From Campylobacterota bacterium (GTDB taxonomy: Bacteria; Campylobacterota; Campylobacteria; Campylobacterales; Sulfurimonadaceae): a DNA stretch of 31,099 nucleotides. Shown here one piece after another: positions 1 to 10,082 of this stretch; position 1 is the first letter of the stretch; every line of letters starts with the position of its first letter. The notes below the pieces were generated by a model. That model saw nothing but the letters and a program-made list of their open reading frames with translations, did no database searches and had not been told where the DNA came from. A program made the position numbers and the translations under genes. The DNA is taken from assembly GCA_034661055.1 (NCBI GenBank), contig JAYEKO010000077.1, positions 1 to 31,099 on the forward strand. The letters are read 5' to 3'.

Positions 1-11
1 AGAGGTTTGCT

Positions 12-615
12 ATGCTTGACCCCAACCAAATAACAAATTACCTTCAACTACACAACATTTTAAACAAGATTAAAAGTATTTTATAATGATGGCAAAAAAG
101 GACAGGGTTGATTTTGTATACAACACTTCTGCTTTAGAGGGCAATGCTATGACATACCCCGAAGTTCAAACACTGCTTGAAGGTATTACCGTTGAAGGAC
201 ATAAACTGAGTGATGAGCAGCAGATATTAAATCAAAATCGCAGTGTTGGGCTTCTATTGAATATGATTGAAACCTCTACATTTGCTTTAGATAAAGAGGC
301 ACCCTGTAAATTACATGTAAAAGTTGCTCAAAAAGAAGCATTATCATGGGGAGTTTTTAGAGATGGAAATGTTAATATTGGTGGAACAGACTATATCCTT
401 CCCAAGTTCCAAGATTTACATAGGCTCTTTGAAAGATGATGAATGGAATTTTAATACATACTGGTTTACCAATTCTTAATATTAAAACTAAAGACAAACT
501 TGAATTTAATACCAAAAAGATTGCCTTTTATGATAGTGAAAATTATATTGATACACTAATATATCTTAGCAACTATTATGACTTTCAAAACAGACACTTT
601 AAAATGATCATATAA
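12..615 (+). pseudogene. Fic-domain protein remnant with disrupted 5' end and internal deletion
   Basis: 86..439 has the Fic N-terminal signature (VYNTSALEGN, FRDGNVNIGG). The same frame has an upstream stop at 71-73, and an out-of-frame ATG at 12 follows AGAGG. A second frame, 436..615, reads MMNGILIHTGLPILNIKTKDKLEFN, like a Fic C-terminus. No HPFxDGNxR-type catalytic motif lies between the two pieces. Confidence 0.75.
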
Positions 616-1379
616 TGGCAAGACGTCCAAGAATAGATATGCCCGGCTTTCATCACATTATGAACAGAGGGGTTGAACAGCGTAAAATTTTTTTAGATGA
701 AGAGGACTTTGAGGTCTTTTTAAAACTATTGTGTGATGCATGTTTACTCCACAATGCCACTCTTCATAGCTACTGTTTAATGACAAACCATTACCATCTT
801 CTTGTTGAAACTAAACATGAAAACCTCTCTTTATTAATGCGTTTTATAAATTCACAATATGCATCATATTTCAATAGAAAACTAAAACGTGTCGGACACC
901 TATGGCAAGGACGTTTTAAATCATGGTACATAACTGACGAGAGCTATCTGTACACCTTAATAAAATATATTCAATACAATCCAATAAAGGCAAAGATGGT
1001 AAATCATCTATCTGATTATCCATACTCTTCTTACCAATTTTTTACTAAAAGAGTCTCTCCTTTAGTCTGTTTAAGCAACTCGTTAATGTTTAAAGATTTT
1101 GAGAACATAGAAGATAGAATCTCATTTTTTGAGTCTGGTTATGATGAAGACATTATTAAAACAATAGCTAAATCTTCTCATCTAGTTATTAGTTCTGATG
1201 TAAAACCACCTTTAAACAGTAAGCTTTTAGTATCACTATTTAAAGATGCTACCACAAAAAGTCAAAGAGATAAAAATATCAAAAAAGCCATTAAAATGGG
1301 GTTTTCACAACATAAAGTTGCTACTTTTCTTAAAATATCTCAACCAACTATTAGCAATATTATGAAAAGAGACCATTGA
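615..1379 (+). CDS. RAYT/TnpA-REP-like HUH (Y1) transposase with C-terminal helix-turn-helix
   Basis: MARRPR start, HHIMNRG, HUH motif NHYHLL, GHLWQGRFKS, YIQYNP, YSSY, and a C-terminal HTH-like segment (FSQHKVATFLKISQPTISNIM). Confidence 0.88.
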   Translation: MARRPRIDMPGFHHIMNRGVEQRKIFLDEEDFEVFLKLLCDACLLHNATLHSYCLMTNHYHLLVETKHENLSLLMRFINSQYASYFNRKLKRVGHLWQGRFKSWYITDESYLYTLIKYIQYNPIKAKMVNHLSDYPYSSYQFFTKRVSPLVCLSNSLMFKDFENIEDRISFFESGYDEDIIKTIAKSSHLVISSDVKPPLNSKLLVSLFKDATTKSQRDKNIKKAIKMGFSQHKVATFLKISQPTISNIMKRDH

Positions 1380-3229
1380 AAACTTATATTTATCACCTGA
1401 CCCCTTTGAAACTTCCTTTGGGGGTTTTGACTTATCATTGTGATAGAGAAATTTTAGTTGGGGCAGTTGTTAAAATCTCTTTGGGGTCACGTTTAATTGA
1501 AGGGGTTATAGTTTCTCAAGCTTCAAAACCTGATTTTGATACACTTCATATAGAAGAAGTTTCTGATTTTATATATTCTAAAAAGCAGATTGAAATAGCT
1601 ACCTTTATTGCTTCTTATTATTTCTGCTCTTTGGGTGAGGCTTTGGCGCTATTAACACCGTTACAGATAGTAGGCATTCCCAATGTTGACATTAGGAACG
1701 AGGTGAAAAACTCATCTATTATGCTTAGTAGTTATCAGCAGGAGGCTTTAGAGTTTTTAAAACAGCACAAAATTTCTCTGCTCTTTGGCGATACCGGCTC
1801 AGGTAAAACTGAAATTTACATGTATTATTTCTCTGAAGTCATAACCCAAGGGAAAAAAGCAATCTTTTTAATGCCTGAAATTGCATTAACACCACAAATT
1901 TACAACCGCCTAGAAGAGCATTTTCCTTCTCGTGTCATTCACTGGCATTCAAAGCTCACTAAAAAACAGCGTGAAAAGAATTTAGAAAAACTTCATGCGG
2001 GTGATTATGACATTATTGCCGGGGCTCGTTCGGCACTGTTTTTAAACATAGAGAACTTAGGAGTCATTGTTGTTGATGAAGAGCATGATGATAGCTACAA
2101 GTCAAATTCCCGTCCACGTTACAATGCTCGTGATTTAGCGGTCTATATTGGCAGTAAATTACATGTAAATGTCATTTTAGGAAGTGCCACACCAAGCTTA
2201 AGCTCTTATGTAAAATTTCCTCATTATCGCCTGAGAGGAACACATTTTCAGAGTTCACGTCAGTTTATTTTTGAAGCTCACAGTGAAGCCATCACTCCAC
2301 TCATCACCGAAAAATTACATGTAAATCATACTCAAAAAAAACAGGCTATTCTCTTTCTTCCTACACGAGCAAACTTTAAGTATTTAATTTGTGAAGCTTG
2401 TGGATTTACTTACGAATGTCCCTACTGCTCGGTTGGAATGAGTCTGCATAAAAACAGTCGGTATGTTAAATGTCACTACTGTAACTTCACAGAGACTATT
2501 CCGCAGATCTGTCCAAAGTGTCGCAGTAAATCACTTGTGCACTCACGACTAGGAACTGCTGAAGCCATGACTGTGTTAAATGAGAAACTGCCAGAGATAA
2601 AAACAGCACAGTTTGACCGTGACACTATCACTACACAAAAAAAACTCACCAACCTGTTAAAAGATTTCAACAGTGGTGAGATTGATATGCTTATTGGTAC
2701 ACAGATGCTCTCAAAAGGGCATGACTACCATAACATTTCACTTGCAGTAATTTTAGGACTCGACAACATTTTAAACCTTAGCGACTACCGAGCTCATGAA
2801 CGCGCACTCTCTCTACTCTTACAAATTAGTGGAAGAAGTGGGCGTAAAAGCGATGCTCTTGTTCTTGTACAGAGTTTTCATGAAAGTTTTTTCAAGAAAT
2901 ATTTGACTAACTATGAAGACTTTTTAGAAGATGAAAAGAAATTTAGAGAAAATCTCTACCCTCCTTTTAAAAAATTGGCACGGCTAATGTTTGCACACAA
3001 AAAAATAGATAAAGCCCAAGAAGCTATGAGTGAAGTTTTGCAGACTATCCGTTCTCATAACCGTGTAGAGATTGTAGGCTTTGGTCCCTCTCCTATTGAA
3101 AAAATCGCCTCAAAGTTTCGCTTTCAAATTCTACTTAGAAGTGACAAGGCAACGGATTTAATCAAAGTCATTAAAGCCTCAAAAAATAAGCTCTGTGAAG
3201 TTGATATGGATCCACTAGAGTTTTCATAA
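1376..3229 (+). CDS. priA: Primosomal protein N' (replication restart helicase)
   Basis: Walker [17 protein letters not shown], four CxxC motifs, [10 protein letters not shown] and [11 protein letters not shown] start overlaps the transposase stop. Confidence 0.96.
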   Translation: MKTYIYHLTPLKLPLGVLTYHCDREILVGAVVKISLGSRLIEGVIVSQASKPDFDTLHIEEVSDFIYSKKQIEIATFIASYYFCSLGEALALLTPLQIVGIPNVDIRNEVKNSSIMLSSYQQEALEFLKQHKISLLFGDTGSGKTEIYMYYFSEVITQGKKAIFLMPEIALTPQIYNRLEEHFPSRVIHWHSKLTKKQREKNLEKLHAGDYDIIAGARSALFLNIENLGVIVVDEEHDDSYKSNSRPRYNARDLAVYIGSKLHVNVILGSATPSLSSYVKFPHYRLRGTHFQSSRQFIFEAHSEAITPLITEKLHVNHTQKKQAILFLPTRANFKYLICEACGFTYECPYCSVGMSLHKNSRYVKCHYCNFTETIPQICPKCRSKSLVHSRLGTAEAMTVLNEKLPEIKTAQFDRDTITTQKKLTNLLKDFNSGEIDMLIGTQMLSKGHDYHNISLAVILGLDNILNLSDYRAHERALSLLLQISGRSGRKSDALVLVQSFHESFFKKYLTNYEDFLEDEKKFRENLYPPFKKLARLMFAHKKIDKAQEAMSEVLQTIRSHNRVEIVGFGPSPIEKIASKFRFQILLRSDKATDLIKVIKASKNKLCEVDMDPLEFS

Positions 3230-3263
3230 ACTGCTTTTAATTACTAAAGAGATAAAATTACTT

Positions 3264-4325
3264 ATGATTAAACGTATAAAGACCAAACAGATTAATGTCG
3301 GTGGTGTTCTTGTTGGTGGTGATGCACCCATAAGTACCCAATCGATGACCTACTCCAAAACACGAGATGTTGAAAAAACTGTTGAACAGATTAAGCGTCT
3401 GCACTTTGCGGGATGTGATATTGTCCGTGTTGCTGTTCCAGAGATGGAGGATGCTTTAGCACTAAAGAGTATTAAAGAGCAGATTTCACTGCCTCTAGTT
3501 GCTGACATTCACTTTAACTACCGCCTCGCTCTTGAAGCGGCAAAAGTTGTAGATTGCATTCGCATTAACCCAGGGAACATTGGCGAGAAAAGCCGTGTTA
3601 AGGACATTGTAAAAGCGTGTCAGGAACGAAACATTCCTATTCGTATTGGTGTTAATTCGGGAAGTTTGGAAAAAGAGTTTGACAATCGCTATGGTCAGAC
3701 TGCAGAGGGAATGGTCGCATCTGCTGAGTATAACATCAAATTTCTTGAAGATCTCGGGTTTGATGATATTAAAATCTCACTCAAAGCCAGTGATGTACAG
3801 CGTACGGTTGATGCTTACCGTATGCTACGACCTAAAAACAGCTACCCCTTTCATTTAGGAGTAACAGAAGCAGGAACAAAATTTCATGCTACAGTTAAAA
3901 GTGCCATTGGACTTGGAACACTGCTGCTTGATGGCATTGGCGACACTATGCGCGTCTCCATCACCGGGGAGCTAGAAGAAGAGATTAATGTTGCCCGTGC
4001 AATCTTAAAGGACAGTGGCGCGGTAAGTGACGGATTAAACATAATTTCATGTCCAACGTGTGGACGTATTGAAGCAGACTTAGTCAGTGCCGTTAGTGAA
4101 ATAGAGCAGCGAACCAAGCATATTATAGCACCACTTAATGTCTCTGTAATGGGCTGTGTGGTCAATGCTATTGGCGAAGCAGCCCATGCTGATGTGGCTA
4201 TTGCCTACGGAAAAGGAACGGGTCTGGTTATGGTTAAGGGTGAAGTAGTAGCAAAACTCAGTGAAAAAGAGCTTGTAGATAGATTTGTCAATGAAGTCGA
4301 AAATATGGCCCAAAAAGTAGAGTAA
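3264..4325 (+). CDS. ispG: (E)-4-hydroxy-3-methylbut-2-enyl-diphosphate synthase
   Basis: [46 protein letters not shown]. Confidence 0.98.
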   Translation: MIKRIKTKQINVGGVLVGGDAPISTQSMTYSKTRDVEKTVEQIKRLHFAGCDIVRVAVPEMEDALALKSIKEQISLPLVADIHFNYRLALEAAKVVDCIRINPGNIGEKSRVKDIVKACQERNIPIRIGVNSGSLEKEFDNRYGQTAEGMVASAEYNIKFLEDLGFDDIKISLKASDVQRTVDAYRMLRPKNSYPFHLGVTEAGTKFHATVKSAIGLGTLLLDGIGDTMRVSITGELEEEINVARAILKDSGAVSDGLNIISCPTCGRIEADLVSAVSEIEQRTKHIIAPLNVSVMGCVVNAIGEAAHADVAIAYGKGTGLVMVKGEVVAKLSEKELVDRFVNEVENMAQKVE

Positions 4326-5773
4326 TGGAAGAGTCTTTATATAACATAGCGTTTGAACGCTCTATTTTAAGTTCAATAATTTTTGAGCCGTCACAATTTG
4401 ATGATATTGAGGCAATGCTTAGTGTTGATGACTTCTATATGAGTAGTCATCAGAACATTTATGAAGTCATGCAAGATCTATCAGCCAACGATAAACCTAT
4501 TGATGAGGAGTTTCTTAAAAAAGAGCTCTCTAAACGTAAGCAGTTTGATGAGAATGCACTACTAGACATCTTAACTGCCAATCCCATCTCAAATACGACT
4601 GCTTATGTAGAGGAGATTAAAGACAAAGCGCTCAAGCGACACCTCTTAACACTTACAACTGAGATTAAACGTGTTACCGTTGAAGAAGAGCTTCCAGGTG
4701 ATGAAGTGGTAGATATAGTTGAACGAAAACTCTATGACATCACGCAAGACAATCAGAGTTCTGACTTTCAAGACGCACCAAGTATTACCAACAAAACCAT
4801 GGCGTACATTGAAGAGATGAAAGCACGCGGTAATGCCATTTTAGTTGGAGTAGATACCGGCTTTGCAGAACTCAATAAGATGACCACCGGATTTGGTAAA
4901 GGTGACCTCATTATTTTAGCGGCACGTCCCGCTATGGGAAAAACTTCACTCGCTCTTAACATGGTTCAAAACCTCATTAACCAAAACAAAGGGGTCGCTT
5001 TTTTCTCATTAGAGATGCCTGCTGAACAGTTAATGCTTAGAATGCTCAGCATTAAGACCTCTATTTTTTTAACCAAACTTCGTGTTGGTGATTTGACCGA
5101 AGAGGACTCCAAGCGACTTAGCGATGCTACCGCTCAAATGCACAGCAGTAAATTGTTTGTAGATGATAGCTCCACTGTTAACATCAATCAGCTACGTTCA
5201 AAACTTCGTAAACTAAAATCGCAACATCCAGAAATTGAACTTGCTGTCATTGACTACCTACAGCTTCTAAGTGCCGCAGGAACTAAAGATCGTCATCAAG
5301 AGGTAAGTGAGATCTCTCGTGGACTTAAGATGCTTGCTCGTGAACTTGAAATTCCTATTATTGCACTCTCTCAGCTCAACCGTGGACTTGAAGCTCGTAA
5401 CGACAAACGTCCCATGCTTTCAGATATTCGTGAATCAGGTTCAATCGAGCAAGATGCCGATATTATTCTCTTTGTTTATCGTGATGATGTTTACCTCTAC
5501 AAAGAGGAAAAGGAGCGTGAAAAAGAGGCCATTAAAGACGGCAAAGAGTTCGAGAGCAAATATATTGAAAAAGATGAAGAAGAGGCAGAGATTATTATTG
5601 GAAAACAGCGTAATGGGCCAACGGGTCACGTTAAACTCACGTTTCAAAAAAAGTTTACCCGTTTTGTTGATACACCTGCTTACAATAAAACTGAAATTGT
5701 ATATGAAAATATTGACATGAGCGAAGCCAATATAGACCTTGACCCCAATAACGTCTCTATGCCTGTCATATGA
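4325..5773 (+). CDS. dnaB: Replicative DNA helicase
   Basis: AARPAMGKT, FSLEM, IDYLQL, LSQLNR, RESGSIEQDAD, KQRNGPTG. Has the charged insertion typical of Campylobacterota DnaB. Confidence 0.98.
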   Translation: MEESLYNIAFERSILSSIIFEPSQFDDIEAMLSVDDFYMSSHQNIYEVMQDLSANDKPIDEEFLKKELSKRKQFDENALLDILTANPISNTTAYVEEIKDKALKRHLLTLTTEIKRVTVEEELPGDEVVDIVERKLYDITQDNQSSDFQDAPSITNKTMAYIEEMKARGNAILVGVDTGFAELNKMTTGFGKGDLIILAARPAMGKTSLALNMVQNLINQNKGVAFFSLEMPAEQLMLRMLSIKTSIFLTKLRVGDLTEEDSKRLSDATAQMHSSKLFVDDSSTVNINQLRSKLRKLKSQHPEIELAVIDYLQLLSAAGTKDRHQEVSEISRGLKMLARELEIPIIALSQLNRGLEARNDKRPMLSDIRESGSIEQDADIILFVYRDDVYLYKEEKEREKEAIKDGKEFESKYIEKDEEEAEIIIGKQRNGPTGHVKLTFQKKFTRFVDTPAYNKTEIVYENIDMSEANIDLDPNNVSMPVI

Positions 5774-7038
5774 CACTAGAACGTCCGCCTCTTTTTACAA
5801 AGAAGCGTGATGTTCTAACTTTTCTCACCTTTGCTCTACTCATTTTTTCACTATCTATCATCCATAAGTACCACGCTTACCAGACGCTAACGACCTTTGA
5901 TGATGCCATTATTAAAGTACATGTAATTAATCAGTACCTTAAAACTACAAAGAAAAAAGAGTATTTTGTTTTAAAGGTCCGTTCAGAAAATAGCACCTTC
6001 TACACCACCACATCTAAACATGCTAGAGATTTAACAGGACGTGATATTGAACTAAAAGTGTGGGTTAGTAAACTGACATTTTTTAAATTTATTGAAGGGT
6101 ATTATCTCTACTCTCACATTACAAAAGTCTATCCTGAGCGTGATGCTAAAAGCACTTTAGCTCACCATATCTCTACACAACATCACTCACAAATCAGTGC
6201 TGAGCTTTTTGCCGCACTCTATACGGCTTCGCCTATGAGCAGAGAACTTAGAGAACGACTCTCCGCCCTTGGCACCTCGCATCTGCTTGCTATTAGCGGA
6301 TTTCATCTAGGGATACTCTCTGCAGTACTGTATTTTCTATTTAAGCTTCCCTATTCGCTACTGCAACAGCGTTATTTTCCCTATAGAAGCAGCAACCTAG
6401 ACCTATTTGTTATTGTCATGCTATTTTTAACGACATACCTCTATTTTTTAGGAGCTATACCCTCACTGATGCGTGCTTTTGTCATGCTCCTTATTGGTTT
6501 TATACTCTATGACAGAGGCATTAAAGTCATCTCTATGCAGACCCTTTTTCTTACATGTATTTTACTACTTGCTGCAGTGCCAACACTACTGTATAACATT
6601 GGATTCTGGCTCTCTATTTGCGGTGTATTTTACATATTTCTATATCTCATACATTTTCAAAGCAACAGCTATGTCTGGACTCTTGTCTCACTGAGTAGCT
6701 GGGTCTATCTAATGATGCTTCCTATCTCACTGTATCTCTTTGAAACTTTTAGTATCTATCACCCACTCTCTATTCTTGCGTCAATACTATTTCTACCTTT
6801 TTACCTACTAAGCATATTTTTACATGTAATTTCACAAGGCGGCATACTTGATGGTTTTGTGGAGTATTATCTAAGTTTAGCACAGAGCCCAAAAACTATT
6901 TCACTACCGCTGTATGTGATTGTCACTCAGCTAATAGTCTCACTCATTGCCATTAAGAGTAAAAAACTCTCACTGGCACTTTTACTGTTTTGTCTGTTTG
7001 TACTTATGAGCTCTATCCATCATGTAGCAGAGTTTTAA
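5770..7038 (+). CDS. comEC: ComEC/Rec2-family competence membrane protein (short form without beta-lactamase domain)
   Basis: SHLLAISGFH motif, PSLMRA, GFWLS and multiple hydrophobic helices. Confidence 0.9.
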   Translation: MTLERPPLFTKKRDVLTFLTFALLIFSLSIIHKYHAYQTLTTFDDAIIKVHVINQYLKTTKKKEYFVLKVRSENSTFYTTTSKHARDLTGRDIELKVWVSKLTFFKFIEGYYLYSHITKVYPERDAKSTLAHHISTQHHSQISAELFAALYTASPMSRELRERLSALGTSHLLAISGFHLGILSAVLYFLFKLPYSLLQQRYFPYRSSNLDLFVIVMLFLTTYLYFLGAIPSLMRAFVMLLIGFILYDRGIKVISMQTLFLTCILLLAAVPTLLYNIGFWLSICGVFYIFLYLIHFQSNSYVWTLVSLSSWVYLMMLPISLYLFETFSIYHPLSILASILFLPFYLLSIFLHVISQGGILDGFVEYYLSLAQSPKTISLPLYVIVTQLIVSLIAIKSKKLSLALLLFCLFVLMSSIHHVAEF

Positions 7039-7797
7039 GCCGTAAATAAAAATAATCCATGAGAGATAGATCCATAGAAAAAAGAAGATTAAAATAGAGA
7101 ATGAGCCGTAAATTGTCGCATAAGTCTGATTGTAAAAGACATAGTAGATAAAGCCGGCTTTTGCAGCACTAAAGACCAAAGAGGTCGTAAATGAGCTCCA
7201 GAGTGCCGCTTTGGTATAAACCTTCGTATTGGCAGAGATTTTGTAGAGCAAGAAGAAAAGTGCCCAGATAATTAGGTATGGAAATATAGACATAAAGTTA
7301 ATCCATGCCGAAACCTCATATTCACTGATGAACTTAGAGAGTTTTGTTGAGAGATAAAATGAGACTATAAGTGCCATAGGAGTAAGTGTAAGCATAGTCC
7401 AGTAGGTGGTAATACTTTCCCAAAAGGTTCGATTTTTTGCGTGAAATATCTTATTGACAATGTACTCATAATTTTGAAAAAACAGTAGTGAGGCAACTAT
7501 AATCATACTAAAGCCAATCACTCCCAACTTCACAGAGTTCTTTAAAAAACCATCAATATAACCTGTTACTGATTCAGAGTGCACCGGCATCAAATTACTA
7601 AAAATAAATGTCTTAATACTCTCATAATACTCAGAGAAACTGGGCATATTCGTCGCAATAGTAAGAACAATAAGTAGTAATGGAATTAGTGTGAATATTG
7701 TGTAAAAACTAAGACTTGAAGCATAAAACGTCAGCTCTTTATCAAAAAACCTCCGTATAAAAAAGCGAAGATGACGATAGAGCCGTTGGGGCGTCAT
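6982..7797 (-). CDS. YihY/BrkB-family inner membrane protein
   Basis: ASSLSFYTIFTLIP and YATIYGSF motifs with about 6 hydrophobic segments. Confidence 0.88.
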   Translation of the reverse strand: MTPQRLYRHLRFFIRRFFDKELTFYASSLSFYTIFTLIPLLLIVLTIATNMPSFSEYYESIKTFIFSNLMPVHSESVTGYIDGFLKNSVKLGVIGFSMIIVASLLFFQNYEYIVNKIFHAKNRTFWESITTYWTMLTLTPMALIVSFYLSTKLSKFISEYEVSAWINFMSIFPYLIIWALFFLLYKISANTKVYTKAALWSSFTTSLVFSAAKAGFIYYVFYNQTYATIYGSFSILIFFFLWIYLSWIIFIYGLKLCYMMDRAHKYKQTKQ

Positions 7798-7798
7798 C

Positions 7799-9181
7799 TT
7801 AAAGTAGCCCCATTTTAGTCGGATTTAAAATATTGTTAGGGTCAAATGCCTCTTTAATATCTTGAAATAGCTGCATCTCTTCATCCGTAAATGCCATTTT
7901 CATATAAGGCGCTTTTGCTAAACCTATACCGTGTTCACCGCTTAGAGTTCCGCCTAAATCAATGGTAGCCTGAAAGACCTCTTCAATAGCTTTGTAAGCA
8001 ATTTTAACCTGCTCTTTATCACTGCCGTCAACCATTACATTAGTGTGCACATTTCCATCGCCGGTATGTCCAAAACATGGAATATTTATCTGATATTTTT
8101 CTGCAATGGCATAAAACTTTTCTAAAAGCTCAGGAAGTACTGCACGAGGAACCGTGACATCTTCATTTAGTTTTTTACTGCCATAAACTGAAAGTGCCGG
8201 AGAAGCATTACGACGGGCAAACCAGATGTCAGCTGCCTCTTTATCATCTTTTGCAATTTTAAACTCACTACAGCCATTAGCTTTAAATACTTCACCAATT
8301 TTACTCAGTTGAAAGTTTAAATCTTCTTCTAAGTTTCCATCAACATCAGTTACCAAAATAGCACCTGCATCTACTGGTAGTCCTTTAGCAAACGTCTGCT
8401 CAACTGCTCGAATAGTGAGATTGTCTAAAAACTCCATTGCCACAGGAGTAATACCACTTGCCATAGTTTTATAAACTGCCTCCATAGCACTGTTAACCGA
8501 ATCAAAAATTCCCATAGCTGTTTTAGTTAACTTAGGCTTTGGAATCAGTTTTAGAGTTACTTCAGTAGTTACCGCCAATGTTCCCTCAGATGCAATTAAT
8601 ATTCCTGTAATATTGTAACCTGCAACATCTTTAATGGTACGCTTTCCCGCTTTAATCACATCACCATTAGGGCGAACCGCGCGAATAGCCATAATGTAAT
8701 CTTTGGTAATACCGTACTTTGCAGCGCGCATTCCACCTGCATTCTCATTAACATTACCCCCAATAGTTGAGTAGTCTTGAGATGCTGGATCTGGTGGATA
8801 AAACAGTCCCACCTCTTCTACCGCACGTTGAAGATCCATGTTAATAACACCAGGTTGTACAATAGCGACCATATTTTTCATATCAATCTCTAAAATCTTG
8901 TTCATATGCTTCTCAAATGCCAGAACAACTCCGCCACTACTTGGAAGAGCACCCCCTGTAAAGCCACTTCCTGCACCACGTGGGACAATAGGAATGCGGT
9001 GTGCATTACAGTACTTTAAAATTGTACTCACATCTTTCTCATTACGTGGAAACAGCACGGCATCGGGTTCAAAACGCTCTCGTGTTGCATCATAAGAGTA
9101 CGCTAAAAGGTGTGCTTTATCACTATAGACATTTTCGCTTCCTAGTACAGAAGTAAAATAATTACTATGGGTCTCTTTCAT
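7799..9181 (-). CDS. glcD: FAD-linked oxidase, GlcD / D-2-hydroxyacid dehydrogenase family
   Basis: PRGAGSGFTGG, PPDPAS, SEGTL, GHTGDGNVH, GTLSGEHGIG, DPNNILNP. Confidence 0.88.
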   Translation of the reverse strand: MKETHSNYFTSVLGSENVYSDKAHLLAYSYDATRERFEPDAVLFPRNEKDVSTILKYCNAHRIPIVPRGAGSGFTGGALPSSGGVVLAFEKHMNKILEIDMKNMVAIVQPGVINMDLQRAVEEVGLFYPPDPASQDYSTIGGNVNENAGGMRAAKYGITKDYIMAIRAVRPNGDVIKAGKRTIKDVAGYNITGILIASEGTLAVTTEVTLKLIPKPKLTKTAMGIFDSVNSAMEAVYKTMASGITPVAMEFLDNLTIRAVEQTFAKGLPVDAGAILVTDVDGNLEEDLNFQLSKIGEVFKANGCSEFKIAKDDKEAADIWFARRNASPALSVYGSKKLNEDVTVPRAVLPELLEKFYAIAEKYQINIPCFGHTGDGNVHTNVMVDGSDKEQVKIAYKAIEEVFQATIDLGGTLSGEHGIGLAKAPYMKMAFTDEEMQLFQDIKEAFDPNNILNPTKMGLL

Positions 9182-9982
9182 TTAGTTACGCTCCTGTGTG
9201 GTTGCAATTTTTAATTTTGGACGTTTGTCGATGGCATCAAATTTAATAAACTCTTGAAAAAGGTGATTATTTTTATTGTGTTTTTTTAGAAGATCTATAT
9301 AGTAAGGGTCATACTCCTGTAAAAGTGAACTACCCTCACCCCACCACGCTTCGCGAATCGTGTCAATTCGTGAATAAAATGGTAGTTTTACTGCTTTATG
9401 GTCATTTTGTACAGTTGTAATCTGTAACACATTTAGACTTTTACAATCCAAGGTAAAGAGTGTCTCTGCTGCATAGATATAGAGCAGTCCAATAGTAGAA
9501 ACATTACAGTATTTTTGCATATCTTCAGCTAGTGGTGTCGGGTGTCCAAAATAGGAGAGTGTCGTTGCAAATGTATCGGGATGTACCCAATCTATACTTT
9601 TTGCACGTGAGGTAATATCTTGGTATATTTCACGATTTGGTGCAATTAAAAATGCACGATTATAGGCAAATGCCAACTGAGCTTCATCACCATCACGAGG
9701 CAACCATGTTCCATTAGGAAGGGCATTTTGTTTCAAGCCATTATAAGGAGTAAATTCAACAGTTGCTTCTGCGCTATCGGCATCAAAAGCAACCACCATA
9801 ATATTGGCAATAATAGCACTATGGTCATCATTAAAATGACGTACTAAAAACCCACTAACACCCTCTTGGATCATGTCAATTTTAATTGTTCCCTGATTCT
9901 CTTTGACACCAAAGACTGGAGCCTTAATCATGGAACCAAATAGTGTTATACCAACAAAAACAGACAGAATAATTAAACGCAA
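9182..9982 (-). CDS. Exported protein, plasminogen-binding protein (PgbA) N-terminal domain family
   Basis: TTG start with GAGG RBS and a signal peptide. Motifs LKQNALP, YNRAFLIAPN, WVHPD, TLDCKS and PFYSR are recalled from this family. Neighbours an M23 gene. Confidence 0.7.
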   Translation of the reverse strand: MRLIILSVFVGITLFGSMIKAPVFGVKENQGTIKIDMIQEGVSGFLVRHFNDDHSAIIANIMVVAFDADSAEATVEFTPYNGLKQNALPNGTWLPRDGDEAQLAFAYNRAFLIAPNREIYQDITSRAKSIDWVHPDTFATTLSYFGHPTPLAEDMQKYCNVSTIGLLYIYAAETLFTLDCKSLNVLQITTVQNDHKAVKLPFYSRIDTIREAWWGEGSSLLQEYDPYYIDLLKKHNKNNHLFQEFIKFDAIDKRPKLKIATTQERN

Positions 9983-10082
9983 ACTTCACCTCTTAATAAA
10001 AAATAAGAGTTATTATACAGTTATAAACTTTCGTATAAGTGAATTTTTGCTACCCTTTCAAAAATTAATCTAGTGAGAAACA

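Noticed and set aside
5500..5590. Charged insertion in DnaB, considered as a possible intein
   Set aside because: Too short, with no intein terminal residues. It matches the ordinary Campylobacterota DnaB insertion.
5740..5746. TGACCCC near the dnaB 3' end
   Set aside because: Single copy explained by the L-D-P codons, with no inverted partner nearby.
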